From assembly GCA_964494205.1 (NCBI GenBank), contig CAZBRD010000012.1:49086-113085 (forward strand): 64,000 bases of DNA, given 5' to 3'. Both the position numbers and the translations under genes were made by a program. Every line of letters starts with the position of its first letter. Position 1 is the first letter of the stretch. Of this stretch, positions 1 to 8,537 are shown in pieces. Origin of the DNA: an uncultured Phycisphaeraceae bacterium (lineage in GTDB: Bacteria > Planctomycetota > Phycisphaerae > UBA1845). The notes beneath the pieces are model-generated. The model was not told the DNA's origin. It ran no database searches and worked only from the letters and a program-made list of their open reading frames with translations.

Positions 1-467
1 CCACCGCTTTTCGTGCAGCCGGTCATTTGGTTGAGCTTGGCGCGCGAGTCGGTGAAATTGGCGAACGCCTCGGCCGCAGTCAATCGCGCGGCGAGTTTGA
101 ATTGCTTCGTGTCGTTTACGCTAACACGAAGATCACAGCCGACGGTCGCGTTGCCTACAGCTCCGCCAGCTTCGAGGAAATCTCGGGCGCGGGCTGCACC
201 GCAGCAGACATCGACGAACAGATCAACGTCCCGCGCTCGCTCGACGGCGTGCAGTTGGCCATGCTGTTCAGCGAAGGCAAGAAGGGGAAAACGCGAATCA
301 ATTTCCGCGGATCGGGACAGGTGACGGTCGTCGAACTCGCAGGCGAATTCGGCGGCGGCGGCCATCAACAGGCTGCGGGCGCAGTGCTGGATTGCAGCCT
401 CGAAGAGACGATCAACAAAGTCGTGCCGCGAGCGACGGAATACATTAAGAAATTTCCTGTCGAATAG
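1..467 (+). CDS. DHH/DHHA1 phosphoesterase (NrnA-like nanoRNase/pAp phosphatase), C-terminal fragment running off the left edge
   Basis: The frame is open from the window edge. It has a C-terminal DHHA1-type GGGGH motif (ELAGEFGGGGHQQAAGA). A hairpin plus T-tract terminator follows at 582-610. Confidence 0.6.
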   Translation, partial: TAFRAAGHLVELGARVGEIGERLGRSQSRGEFELLRVVYANTKITADGRVAYSSASFEEISGAGCTAADIDEQINVPRSLDGVQLAMLFSEGKKGKTRINFRGSGQVTVVELAGEFGGGGHQQAAGAVLDCSLEETINKVVPRATEYIKKFPVE

Positions 468-581
468 GCAACAAGTGTGTGACGGGTTTTCAACCCGTCG
501 CCTGACTGGTTGGAAACCGGCCCCACACTAGTCCCGCTGGCGGTCACGCGACTAACAGAAGATAATCGAAGCAAAGCGTAG

Positions 582-610
582 GGTGGGTCGTTTCGACCCA
601 CCTTTTGTTT
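582..610 (+). terminator. Rho-independent terminator
   Basis: GGTGGGTCG-TTT-CGACCCACC followed by TTTTGTTT, downstream of the nrnA-like gene. Confidence 0.7.
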
Positions 611-657
611 ATAAGAGCAAGGCTGCTAGTGGTTCATTCCTTTCGAGTTTGCGATTC

Positions 658-690
658 GGGTGGCACGGTCAAGCCGCAGCTTGGCCGTGG
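658..690 (+). repeat. REP-A palindromic repeat
   Basis: GGGTGGCACGGTCAAGCCGCAGCTTGGCCGTGG. The imperfect hairpin CACGGTCAAGC/GCTTGGCCGTG has one mismatch. Intergenic. Confidence 0.9.
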
Positions 691-753
691 CGTATCGAGA
701 TTTCACCCGAAACTTCAAATGGAACAGTCCACTAGCCCACTCGGAGTTCCACA

Positions 754-2154
754 GTGTGCAAGATCGAAAAAGTAGCTGTCTTCGGCCTCGATTGCTTCGA
801 GCCCTCCCTCGTTTTTGACAAGTGGACCGATTCGCTGCCCAACTTGCGCGGGCTGATGAAGAGCGGCACCTTCGGCGAGCTGACGAGCTGCCTGCCACCG
901 ATCACCGTTCCCGCGTGGAGCTGCATGACCTCCAGCAAAGACCCGGGAACGCTGGGCATATACGGTTTCCGTAATCGCGCCGATTACTCCTACGACAAGC
1001 TCTCGATCGCCACGTCGCTCGCGGTGAAGGAACCGCGCATCTGGAACATGCTGACCGAACGCGGCAAGGACTCGATCATCATTGGCGTCCCCGGCACATA
1101 CCCGATCAGCACGAAGTTCAACGGCTGCATGGTGACGTGCTTCCTGACGCCGGACACCAACGATCCGAAGATCACCTGGACCGCCCCGCCGGGTCTCAAG
1201 GACGAGATCATCAACGAAGTCGGCGAGTACATGGTCGACGTGAAGGGCTTCCGCACCGACGACAAAAAGTGGCTGCTCGATCAGATTCATCTGATGACGG
1301 AAAAGCGATTCAAGCTGGCGCGACATTTCATCAAAACGAAAAAGTGGGATTTGTTCTGGATGGTCGAGATGGGCACCGACCGCATCCACCACGGCTTCTG
1401 GAGCAACATGGACAAGTCGCACCACTCCCACGTGCCCGGCAACCCGCTCGAAAACGCGATCTTCGAATACTACAAATACATCGACGCCGAGGTGGGCAAG
1501 ACGCTCGAGTGCCTCGACCGTAACACGACAGCTGTCTGGATCGTGAGCGACCACGGCGCGAAGTCGATGTCGGGCGGACTGTGCTTCAATCAATGGCTGA
1601 TGAACAACGGATATCTGAAGTTCAAGACACCGCCGAAACCGAAGCAGAAGTTTGACGTCAAAGACGTGGATTGGTCAAAGACAACCGCGTGGGGCGAAGG
1701 CGGCTACTACGGCCGCCTCTTCGTCAACGTTGAGGGCCGCGAACCGAACGGCATCGTGAAGAAGAGTGACTTCAACGCGTTTCGCAACGAGCTAGCCGCC
1801 AAAATCGAAGCCATCGAAGACCCGCAAGGCAAAATCATGGGCACGCGCTGCTATCGCCCGGATGAAATCTACGATGCGGTCAACGGCGTTGCCCCCGACC
1901 TCGTAGTGATATTTGGCGATCTCAAATGGCGATCGGTCGGCCTCGTGGGTCTCGATTCCATTTACAGCTTCGAAAACGACACCGGCCCGGACGACGCCAA
2001 CCACGCCCAACAAGGCATGTACATCGTCTCGCATCCGTCGTTACCCGCCCGCGGCCGCGTCAATGGCCCGACATTGTACGATGTGACGCCGACGATCCTG
2101 CAACAATTAGCCATTCCCGCACCCAAGGGATTGAAGGGCAAGGCGCTCAGTTAG
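754..2154 (+). CDS. Alkaline-phosphatase superfamily protein (type I phosphodiesterase / nucleotide pyrophosphatase-like)
   Basis: 466-aa ORF with a GTG start. N-terminal VAVFGLDC metal-ligand Asp and a PPITVPAW nucleophile-Thr segment are typical of the NPP/AP fold, and DHG lies near VSDHGAKSM. Confidence 0.65.
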   Translation: MCKIEKVAVFGLDCFEPSLVFDKWTDSLPNLRGLMKSGTFGELTSCLPPITVPAWSCMTSSKDPGTLGIYGFRNRADYSYDKLSIATSLAVKEPRIWNMLTERGKDSIIIGVPGTYPISTKFNGCMVTCFLTPDTNDPKITWTAPPGLKDEIINEVGEYMVDVKGFRTDDKKWLLDQIHLMTEKRFKLARHFIKTKKWDLFWMVEMGTDRIHHGFWSNMDKSHHSHVPGNPLENAIFEYYKYIDAEVGKTLECLDRNTTAVWIVSDHGAKSMSGGLCFNQWLMNNGYLKFKTPPKPKQKFDVKDVDWSKTTAWGEGGYYGRLFVNVEGREPNGIVKKSDFNAFRNELAAKIEAIEDPQGKIMGTRCYRPDEIYDAVNGVAPDLVVIFGDLKWRSVGLVGLDSIYSFENDTGPDDANHAQQGMYIVSHPSLPARGRVNGPTLYDVTPTILQQLAIPAPKGLKGKALS

Positions 2155-2265
2155 GCAGCTTGTTCTGATAGACAACATGTAAGGATTGACTATCAGAGCC
2201 GAGAGTGCGAGCGAGCGTTTACACTTGAGCGCACTACGATCAACCGTATCGCGCGCCAGATGCTT

Positions 2266-2297
2266 CCCCCCTTTGCAAGGGGGGATCGAGGGGGGTC
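2266..2297 (+). repeat. REP-B-like variant hairpin
   Basis: CCCCCCTTTGCAAGGGGGGATCGAGGGGGGTC. It has the same architecture (C-rich/G-rich hairpin plus a G-rich tail) but a different sequence. Confidence 0.55.
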
Positions 2298-2357
2298 AGC
2301 CGATACACTTGACGGTTAGCTGCTCTATCAAGAATCGTAGAGTTGATCGAACGTCGT

Positions 2358-2449
2358 GTCCTGGAGGGACACCTTGAAAATAGCCCAGCAGTTCACTGCT
2401 GGGTAACGAATGCTCTAAAGCTAGGCAGTCCCGCAGGGACGACAGAACG
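2358..2449 (+). repeat. REP-C three-hairpin repeat unit (~92 nt)
   Basis: GTCCTGGAGGGAC ... TAGCCCAGCAGTTCACTGCTGGGTAACGA ... GTCCCGCAGGGACGACAGAACG. Collinear with 6897-6989. Confidence 0.85.
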
Positions 2450-2509
2450 GCGATCGAAGAATAGCAACGGGCCTTCACGACTTCAATTGTCTGAGTCTAT
2501 ACAATCTTT

Positions 2510-3007
2510 ATGCCACCCGATGACACCAACCCTTTCGCCGTACAATCATTCGACGAGCGCTTCATGCGCGCCGCAATCAACGAAGCCGTAGCTGCCCTTG
2601 AACAAGGCGATGTCCCCGTCGGCGCGGTCGTCGTCCACGAAAACCGCATCATCGGTCGCGGCTACAACCAGCGTGAACTACTCAACGACCCCACCGCTCA
2701 CGCGGAAATGCTGGCGCTTACCGCCGCCGCCGCCCACCTCAACAGCTGGCGTCTGGAGAATTGCACGCTCTACGTGACGCTCGAACCATGCGCGATGTGC
2801 GCCGGTGCGATCGTCCTCGCACGACTCCCGCGCCTCGTCTTCGGCACCACCGACCCCAAAGCCGGCGCCTGCGTCTCACTCTACAACATCCCGACCGACT
2901 CGCGCCTTAACCACCGCGTCGAAATCGGCCAACCCGTCCTCACCAACGACTGCGCCAGCCTCCTCCGCGAGTTCTTCGCAATGAAACGCGCACAAGGACA
3001 CAAATAA
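2510..3007 (+). CDS. tadA: tRNA adenosine(34) deaminase
   Basis: CMP/dCMP deaminase zinc motifs HAEMLAL and PCAMCAGA. Size of 165 aa is typical of TadA. Confidence 0.9.
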   Translation: MPPDDTNPFAVQSFDERFMRAAINEAVAALEQGDVPVGAVVVHENRIIGRGYNQRELLNDPTAHAEMLALTAAAAHLNSWRLENCTLYVTLEPCAMCAGAIVLARLPRLVFGTTDPKAGACVSLYNIPTDSRLNHRVEIGQPVLTNDCASLLREFFAMKRAQGHK

Positions 3008-3024
3008 GACAAGAGTTCAAGATA

Positions 3025-4578
3025 TCAACGACCGCCCCCATCGGGTGACTTTCGGCCATCTGCGGGATTTGAACTCTTGGGCGAAGGCTCTTCTATTTGC
3101 ACCCCATCCCGAATCGCGATTCGCTTCGCAAGACTCACGCCGGAGTTAAGCGCCCCTTCCATATACCCCGCAAACTTGTAGCACACGTGCTCTCCCGCAA
3201 AGTGCAGGTGGCCAAAGCCCTTGTGCAGCAGCGGGCCCATCGTCGTCACCTCGCCCGGCGCGGGGAACGAATACCCAGCCATCGCCCACGGTTCACGCGG
3301 CCAATCCATGAATCGCGAGCCCACAAAGTTCTCCGTAAAGCCCGGATAGACCTTTTCAAGATCGCCCTTCAACTCCGCGTCGACTTTCTCCTTAGGAATC
3401 GCAAGACACTGCTCCGCCGCCGGTCCACCGGAGAACGCGACCATGCACACGTTTTCATCGCCCGGCTGACTGTCAGTGCCATCCCATGTCATCGAGAGAC
3501 GACCATCGGTCAACATATCCGGACCAAGTCCCTTTTCCTTCCAGAATCGCGTCTTGAGCGACGAGAGATATTTGATCGCCGTACCCATCTGCGGCTTCAG
3601 CGTGTTCGACAGATCGGGCGAGAACTTGATCTTGTTCCACACCGACGGCGGCACCGCGAGCACGCAATCGTCACCTTCGATCGTGCGCCCATCGCTGCAC
3701 TTCACGACCACCTTGTCGCCCTTGATGTTCACTTCCGTCGCGGGCAATTTCAGAATGATCTTCTCTTCGCCGATCTCCCGTGCCAGCTTCTGAGCCAACT
3801 GCTGATTACCGCCCTTGCAGCGATAGATCTCGCTGTCCGTCCAGAACTTCTCGACGTCGCCGCCCTTCACCATCGCGAGATGGCCGAGGTAACTCTGCTT
3901 CGCCACATCGACCGCATTGTCCGCCGTCAGCATCACCGCCACAGCCTTCTTGCAAGTCTCCGAGACCGACAGGCCCTTGATCCACTCACCCACGCTCTTC
4001 TTATCAAGAGCAGCCGCATTAGGACTCGACCACGGCTCGTCCGCGTTAATCTCCTTCGCGTCGCCGTTCATCATGTTCGTGGCTTCGGTCATCGATTCAT
4101 AAAGCGCCTCAGCCTCATCATCGCCCAACCGCTTGCCATCCAGAATAACGGGATACTTCAGCTCCTCATCCTCGGTCACATCGAGGAATTCCAACTTGAA
4201 CTTGTCGGCATACGCCACCCACGTCGGATGGTTCGAGCCGATCAACTCCGCCCCGCCCTCGACATTCCGCTCTTTGATGAAATCAGAAAAGCTCAGCACG
4301 CGCCCGCCGAATCGACTTCGCGCCTCGATCACCGTCACGTCGTACCCGCGACTCTTCAGCTCATGCGCACACGCCAGCCCCGAGAACCCGCCGCCAATGA
4401 CGACGACGCGTTTGCCGGTCGGCTTGCCCTGCCACGCGCCAAACGTCGGCACGTTGCTCATCAGCAATCCAGCCGACGCAGCCGCCGTCGCGCGCAGCAT
4501 CTCGCGCCGCGTGATTCCAGACACCTTCGGTCCATACTTCCGATGCAGACGTGCATACAATGATCGCGCCACTGCCAA
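3025..4578 (-). CDS. FAD-dependent amine oxidase family protein with a Tat signal
   Basis: Twin-arginine leader ([17 protein letters not shown]). Dinucleotide-binding [17 protein letters not shown]...[11 protein letters not shown]. Confidence 0.8.
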   Translation of the reverse strand: MAVARSLYARLHRKYGPKVSGITRREMLRATAAASAGLLMSNVPTFGAWQGKPTGKRVVVIGGGFSGLACAHELKSRGYDVTVIEARSRFGGRVLSFSDFIKERNVEGGAELIGSNHPTWVAYADKFKLEFLDVTEDEELKYPVILDGKRLGDDEAEALYESMTEATNMMNGDAKEINADEPWSSPNAAALDKKSVGEWIKGLSVSETCKKAVAVMLTADNAVDVAKQSYLGHLAMVKGGDVEKFWTDSEIYRCKGGNQQLAQKLAREIGEEKIILKLPATEVNIKGDKVVVKCSDGRTIEGDDCVLAVPPSVWNKIKFSPDLSNTLKPQMGTAIKYLSSLKTRFWKEKGLGPDMLTDGRLSMTWDGTDSQPGDENVCMVAFSGGPAAEQCLAIPKEKVDAELKGDLEKVYPGFTENFVGSRFMDWPREPWAMAGYSFPAPGEVTTMGPLLHKGFGHLHFAGEHVCYKFAGYMEGALNSGVSLAKRIAIRDGVQIEEPSPKSSNPADGRKSPDGGGR

Positions 4579-4621
4579 CCTCCTTGCCTAGCGTTCTATT
4601 TTTCCGACAACATGCGGGTCA

Positions 4622-4653
4622 GGGTGGCACGGTCAAGCGAAGCTTGGCCGTGG
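4622..4653 (+). repeat. REP-A palindromic repeat
   Basis: GGGTGGCACGGTCAAGCGAAGCTTGGCCGTGG. Intergenic. Confidence 0.9.
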
Positions 4654-4770
4654 AGACTCTCTCTACTGCCCGCGACTCCAGCCGAAACAATTCGATTCTT
4701 GAAGGATGAAAAGACCGCCCGTTTGTCTTTACCCGAAAACCGGTCGCTCGCGCTCCCGGCTTTGATTGAT

Positions 4771-4797
4771 AAAAGGGTGGGTCCAAAGGACCCACCC
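4771..4797 (-). terminator. Rho-independent terminator
   Basis: Minus strand GGGTGGGTCC-TTT-GGACCCACCC followed by TTTT, downstream of CDS 4890-6038. Confidence 0.7.
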
Positions 4798-4889
4798 TAC
4801 TTTCCTTCTTGAATGACGCACGAGTCACGCGCGCTAACCGCCGCCCGCAATCGATTTCGTCATTCGTAATTTGTAATTAGTAACTTACG

Positions 4890-6038
4890 TTATTCGTCAT
4901 TCGTCGGACCAACTGCCAGCATCCACAGCTTGAAGAAGTTCATGATCTGCTGCTTTGTCAGCTTGTTGGCCTTCAGGTTGAACGTCACCTTGCTCGTCGA
5001 GGGAAGCTCGCCCGCACTGTGCGAGAACTGGTCGATATACGAGATCGTTCCCGTCAAACACGGCACGGTGTCGTCGACGACGAAGAACGCATCTTCGGCG
5101 CTCATCTTCTCGAACGCAGCCGCCTCACTGTTGGCCGACTTGTTCTTGTCCTCATTGAACCGAAGGTTGAACTCATACTGGCCCTTGCCGTCCGTCTTGT
5201 AATTCGGGCCTTCGACCCACTTGATCGAACCGGTGATGAGGTCTTCGTAGTCCTTGCCGTTCAGCGCGTACTTGAAGCGAATGCCGTCGGTGTACCAGTT
5301 GCTCGTTTCATAGTCGAAATCGAGACGACCGGTCACCTTCGTGCGCGGATAAATATCTACCGGACCCTTAGCCAGTTCGATGTTGTCGAACTTCATCGGG
5401 TCGCTCTTCTTCACTTCGATCTTGACCGTGCGATTTCCAACCAGTCGCGTATAGGTATACGCTGCGAGGTTGTCCTTCTTCTCGGCCTTGCCGATCAGAC
5501 GACCGTTAAAGTTGTCAACAAAACCCTTAGCCGCACCCATCGTATCAACCGCGAAGCGGAGCGCACGTTCGTCCTTCGCACCGGCCGCGAGATCATACGC
5601 ACCCGACGCGGTGTCGATGGGCACCTTGCCGACCCACTTGCCGACGGTCTTCTTCTGCTTCATGTCCTTTGGATTCAGGACAGCCAGCGAAAGATCGAAG
5701 CCAAGCGCCGCACCCTGCTCGAGCCGACGAAGCGTCTTCGAATAGATATTCGGGTGACGCGTGATCTTGCCCGTAAATTCAGTCGTCTTCGCCACGCTAA
5801 GATTGACCGAGTACTCATCCGCCACGTTCAGCGCCGGCGAGTTCTCAACGTACTTGCCCGTCGTGTCTTTGGTCGTACGGGTCTTGAAATCGATCTCCAT
5901 TGTGCCCGCGATCACGCCGTCTTCGGTCAGCGTCTCGGGCTCCTGCGCCATCACCGGCATCGGGTTCTGCCACGCGAACGCGGTGCACAAACATAACGTA
6001 GCCGGGAAACAAACCCGCCAAGGACGTGTAGCTTTCAT
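4890..6038 (-). CDS. Secreted hypothetical protein
   Basis: ATG at 6038 is preceded by GGAGAA. Signal peptide MKATRPWRVCFPATLCLCTAFAW. I recognise no family. Terminator hairpin at 4771-4797. Confidence 0.6.
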   Translation of the reverse strand: MKATRPWRVCFPATLCLCTAFAWQNPMPVMAQEPETLTEDGVIAGTMEIDFKTRTTKDTTGKYVENSPALNVADEYSVNLSVAKTTEFTGKITRHPNIYSKTLRRLEQGAALGFDLSLAVLNPKDMKQKKTVGKWVGKVPIDTASGAYDLAAGAKDERALRFAVDTMGAAKGFVDNFNGRLIGKAEKKDNLAAYTYTRLVGNRTVKIEVKKSDPMKFDNIELAKGPVDIYPRTKVTGRLDFDYETSNWYTDGIRFKYALNGKDYEDLITGSIKWVEGPNYKTDGKGQYEFNLRFNEDKNKSANSEAAAFEKMSAEDAFFVVDDTVPCLTGTISYIDQFSHSAGELPSTSKVTFNLKANKLTKQQIMNFFKLWMLAVGPTNDE

Positions 6039-6304
6039 ATTGTTCTCCTGATCCAAAAAACGCCCCCAGCGACAACGCGCGCCGGGCTTCAATTCCGATA
6101 ATGGGCCTTGACCCTTTACTTCAATTCCTTCGGTTTATCGGGCCCAAAACTTCACCGAACGGTAAAATCTACTCTTTCCAACCCTGCGAGCAAGTTGAAA
6201 ACGCAGACATTTGTGTAATCGGCCTGTTTAAACTCTCTCGGCAATTCCGCGACACCCAAACCGCGACCGCGACATCATGGCAAGTCAAAGAGCGTCAGGG
6301 CAAT

Positions 6305-6344
6305 CCCTCTCCCTCTTAGGGAGAGGGGTAGGGGTGAGGGTCTC
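6305..6344 (+). repeat. REP-B hairpin repeat
   Basis: CCCTCTCCCTCTTAGGGAGAGGGGTAGGGGTGAGGGTCTC. Stem CCCTCTCCCT/AGGGAGAGGG. Confidence 0.9.
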
Positions 6345-6401
6345 CGGCAGACTAATGCACTCTTCGTAGTTCTTGCTTATTCTTTTTACTGGTACGCGTG
6401 G

Positions 6402-6425
6402 CATGCCCACGCTAGCGTGGGCATG
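6402..6425. repeat. REP-E perfect palindrome
   Basis: CATGCCCACGCTAGCGTGGGCATG, a 24-nt perfect palindrome. Confidence 0.85.
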
Positions 6426-6459
6426 TTCGTCAATGACGCGCCGACTTAGCGCCCATTCC

Positions 6460-6768
6460 TCAAACATCAACCCAAACCTGCCCGTCCCGAATCTCAGCCA
6501 CATACTTCTTCACCCGCGCCTGATCAGAATGCGTGCAAACCCCCGTCTTCAAATCAAACTCCCAAAAGTGCCACGGACATGACACTATTTCGCCTTTCAC
6601 TTCCCCACCCGACAAATTCCCGCTCGCGTGCGGGCACGAATTGTCGATGACCATTACGCGTTCAGGATCATTAAAACGAAACACAGCCAACTCCAGGCCA
6701 TCATGCTCGACGAAAGTCCCCTTTCCCACCGCACATCGATCCAACGAAATCAACTTGACCCACGCCAC
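6460..6768 (-). CDS. Rieske [2Fe-2S] domain protein (NirD-like small subunit)
   Basis: Rieske ligand boxes CPHASGNL and CPWHFWEF. 102 aa. Confidence 0.8.
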   Translation of the reverse strand: MAWVKLISLDRCAVGKGTFVEHDGLELAVFRFNDPERVMVIDNSCPHASGNLSGGEVKGEIVSCPWHFWEFDLKTGVCTHSDQARVKKYVAEIRDGQVWVDV

Positions 6769-6791
6769 AAATCAACCCTCGCGCCCAATCA

Positions 6792-6824
6792 GGGTGGCAC
6801 GGTCAAGCCGCAGCTTGGCCGTGG
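6792..6824 (+). repeat. REP-A palindromic repeat
   Basis: Identical to copy 658-690. Just upstream of the Rieske gene start. Confidence 0.9.
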
Positions 6825-6896
6825 TGAATCGCGAATACCCAATCATGCTCGTTGAATTGTTCTATTCTACACATCCGACGGCAGCCACCTTAAAAT

Positions 6897-6989
6897 GTCC
6901 CGTCAGGGACAACCGAGAGTAGCCCAGCGTTTCAACGCTGGGTAATCGACCATTCCCTAAACACTAAGTCCCGTAGGGACGACCGAACG
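6897..6989 (+). repeat. REP-C three-hairpin repeat unit (~93 nt)
   Basis: GTCCCGTCAGGGAC ... TAGCCCAGCGTTTCAACGCTGGGTAATCGA ... GTCCCGTAGGGACGACCGAACG. Confidence 0.85.
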
Positions 6990-7172
6990 TCGCTTCATCC
7001 CGCTCACGTTTTCTCATCTAACGCATCTAAGCGCAAAAATTGCACACGACTTCACACTGTTATTTCCTTGCTACTCCGCATTTCACAGGTCTACACTACA
7101 CGCTCATCGTTCGTATCAGTATTGGCAGAGGGGATCGAACTCGCAAGCTAAGGCGGAAAGGCGATCCTGCAC

Positions 7173-7406
7173 ATGAAGCCGAGCAAACCGACCCCGAACC
7201 ATCGTCGCGAGGAAATCCTTCAGGACATCCTCGACCCCGCCGCCCGCGACATCCGGATGCCCAAGGATGAGCAACAGGCCACCCGCCAGGCCGTCGTCAA
7301 CTACCTCTCCCAGCTCGACCGCAAGTCCGTCGTCGAAGCCCTCCACAAACTCTACCGCCAAGCCGCCAAGGAAGCACTGGAACGCTCGAAACGCGTCAAA
7401 CGATAA
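7173..7406 (+). CDS. Small hypothetical protein (77 aa, basic/helical)
   Basis: ATG ORF with genome-like codon usage and no repeats inside. I recognise no family. Confidence 0.35.
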   Translation: MKPSKPTPNHRREEILQDILDPAARDIRMPKDEQQATRQAVVNYLSQLDRKSVVEALHKLYRQAAKEALERSKRVKR

Positions 7407-7770
7407 TCAAAACAACCCAAACATCTGCTCCATATCGGGAAACTGCCAGGGAGTTTCACCCGCAGGTCAGCGGTGTGACTTAGTATGACCGCTCGCCCTG
7501 TCCGAGCTAAAATCCGAACACCCTTCAAAGTAGCCCGATCGCCCCACATCCCATTTCGATAGATCTCCGGTGTTGTTCTTAGATCACACCATGCTTCATT
7601 CACCTGCACAATCCATCCCATTTCCAAACCAGACCGTCTTGGTGCCTTCGTGCCTTGGTGGTTCAGTTTCCCCAATCGACAATCGCACTCCGCCCCCACG
7701 AAGTGGGTCGCCAATCGACAAATTGAAGTCGCCAACCACCCCGTGGAATTCGTCAATGATCACTTCCCAC

Positions 7771-7936
7771 GTTTTAGGCGTTTTGGCTTTAGGTTTTAGG
7801 TTTTCTTCTCTGTTTCGACGTTTGGACTTTTGGACGTTTCGACGTTTGCGAGGTGCCACGCCGTGTCACTACTTAATGAATTTTTTCATCTTTCGGCCAT
7901 TAGCCATTTCAAACCCCAGCCGCACGGCCTCAAGTG
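7771..7936. repeat. Composite repeat D1 (modules 3-2-1)
   Basis: About 145 bp align at roughly 80% by eye to the reverse complement of 61331-61475. The right end (CCATTAGCCATTTCAAACCCCAGCCGCACGGCCTCAAG) aligns to the reverse complement of 23104-23141. Confidence 0.85.
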
Positions 7937-8027
7937 CAACTGGAGGCGAAACTCGAAAAGTCGCCTTGATCTACGAATGTTTGACGCGATAATGCGTACC
8001 GCGGACGTTGAAACAAAGGGGAAAACA

Positions 8028-8537
8028 ATGAATCTAGCCACCATTCGAGAACTCTTCGACTACAACGACTGGATGCGCGATCGGTTGATGAAACTGATCG
8101 AACCGCTCGATTCTGCGCAGCTCGATAAACCGTTTGAGATGGGCCTTGGCACGCTTCGCAAGACGATGGAGCACCTCGCCTCGGTCGAATGGATGTGGCT
8201 CAAACGCTGGAAGGGCTGGAGTCCGAAGGAATCCGAATTGCCGAAGCCGCCGGCCACCATGAAGGAACTTTGGGCGACGTGGCGACAAACCGTCGAAGAA
8301 CGCGAGGCCTTCCTCGAAACAATTACCGATGCCGACCTCGATCGCGAAACGCCGTACACCAACATCTTCGGCGACACCTTTTCGTACAAACTAGGGCTTA
8401 TGCTCATTCACGTATGCAACCACGCGACGCATCACCGGGCGCAGGTGGTCAACATGCTTCGCCATGTCGGCGTGACCACGCCAGCGACCGATTTCCTCAT
8501 CATGCACAAGGAACGCAAGGAGGCACGGACTGCATGA
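8028..8537 (+). CDS. DinB family protein
   Basis: The start was moved to the ATG at 8028 (GGGGAAAACA upstream) because the longer ORF extension is made of repeat D1. DinB-like helices and His ligands (MEHLASVEWMW ... HVCNHATHHRAQV). Confidence 0.75.
   Translation: MNLATIRELFDYNDWMRDRLMKLIEPLDSAQLDKPFEMGLGTLRKTMEHLASVEWMWLKRWKGWSPKESELPKPPATMKELWATWRQTVEEREAFLETITDADLDRETPYTNIFGDTFSYKLGLMLIHVCNHATHHRAQVVNMLRHVGVTTPATDFLIMHKERKEARTA

Noticed and set aside
658-690. TGGCAC inside REP-A (TGGCACGGTCAAGC) and inside repeat-D module 2 (GTGGCACCTCGC / GTGGCACTTTGC), considered as sigma-54 -24 elements.
   Set aside because: The GG-to-GC spacing is one or more nucleotides off the canonical GG-N10-GC, and the copies occur in both orientations regardless of downstream genes.
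3097-4563. A 488-aa ORF antisense to the amine oxidase gene. Similar long antisense or out-of-frame ORFs occur at 715-1593(-), 5019-5996(+), 23500-24573(+), 30291-31349(+), 31321-32598(+), 45717-46499(+), 46933-47637(+), 50977-51759(+) and 62031-62609(-).
   Set aside because: Their translations are Arg/Ala/His-rich with no recognisable motifs. Each fully overlaps a gene with strong family signatures on the other strand or frame. This is a typical GC-rich shadow-ORF artefact.
6135-6142. Minus-strand CCCGATAA about 90 nt upstream of CDS 4890-6038, and plus-strand TCCGATAA at 6094-6101, considered as sigma-28 -10 boxes.
   Set aside because: There is no -35 match at either spacing, and the plus-strand site has no downstream gene.
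6101-6503. ORFs 6101-6319(+) and 6285-6503(-), along with 2186-2377(+), 2343-2591(+), 23040-23228(-), 61264-61653(-) and 4612-4828 on both strands.
   Set aside because: They are built largely from the REP-A/B/C/D/E repeats and hairpins. Peptides such as SPSPLPKRERD and ISHFKPQPHGLK are translations of repeat DNA. They have no RBS and lack coding-like composition.
7123-7147. TGGCAGAGGGGATCGAACTCGCAAG, which looks like the reverse complement of a tRNA 3' end (acceptor plus T-arm, GTTCGATCC...CCA). It could be a tRNA gene or an att-site remnant.
   Set aside because: The putative T-stem does not pair (GCGAG versus CCCTC), and no D-arm, anticodon arm or acceptor 5' strand can be built. No integrase or direct repeat partner is present in the window. 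I saw no convincing tRNA anywhere in the 64 kb.
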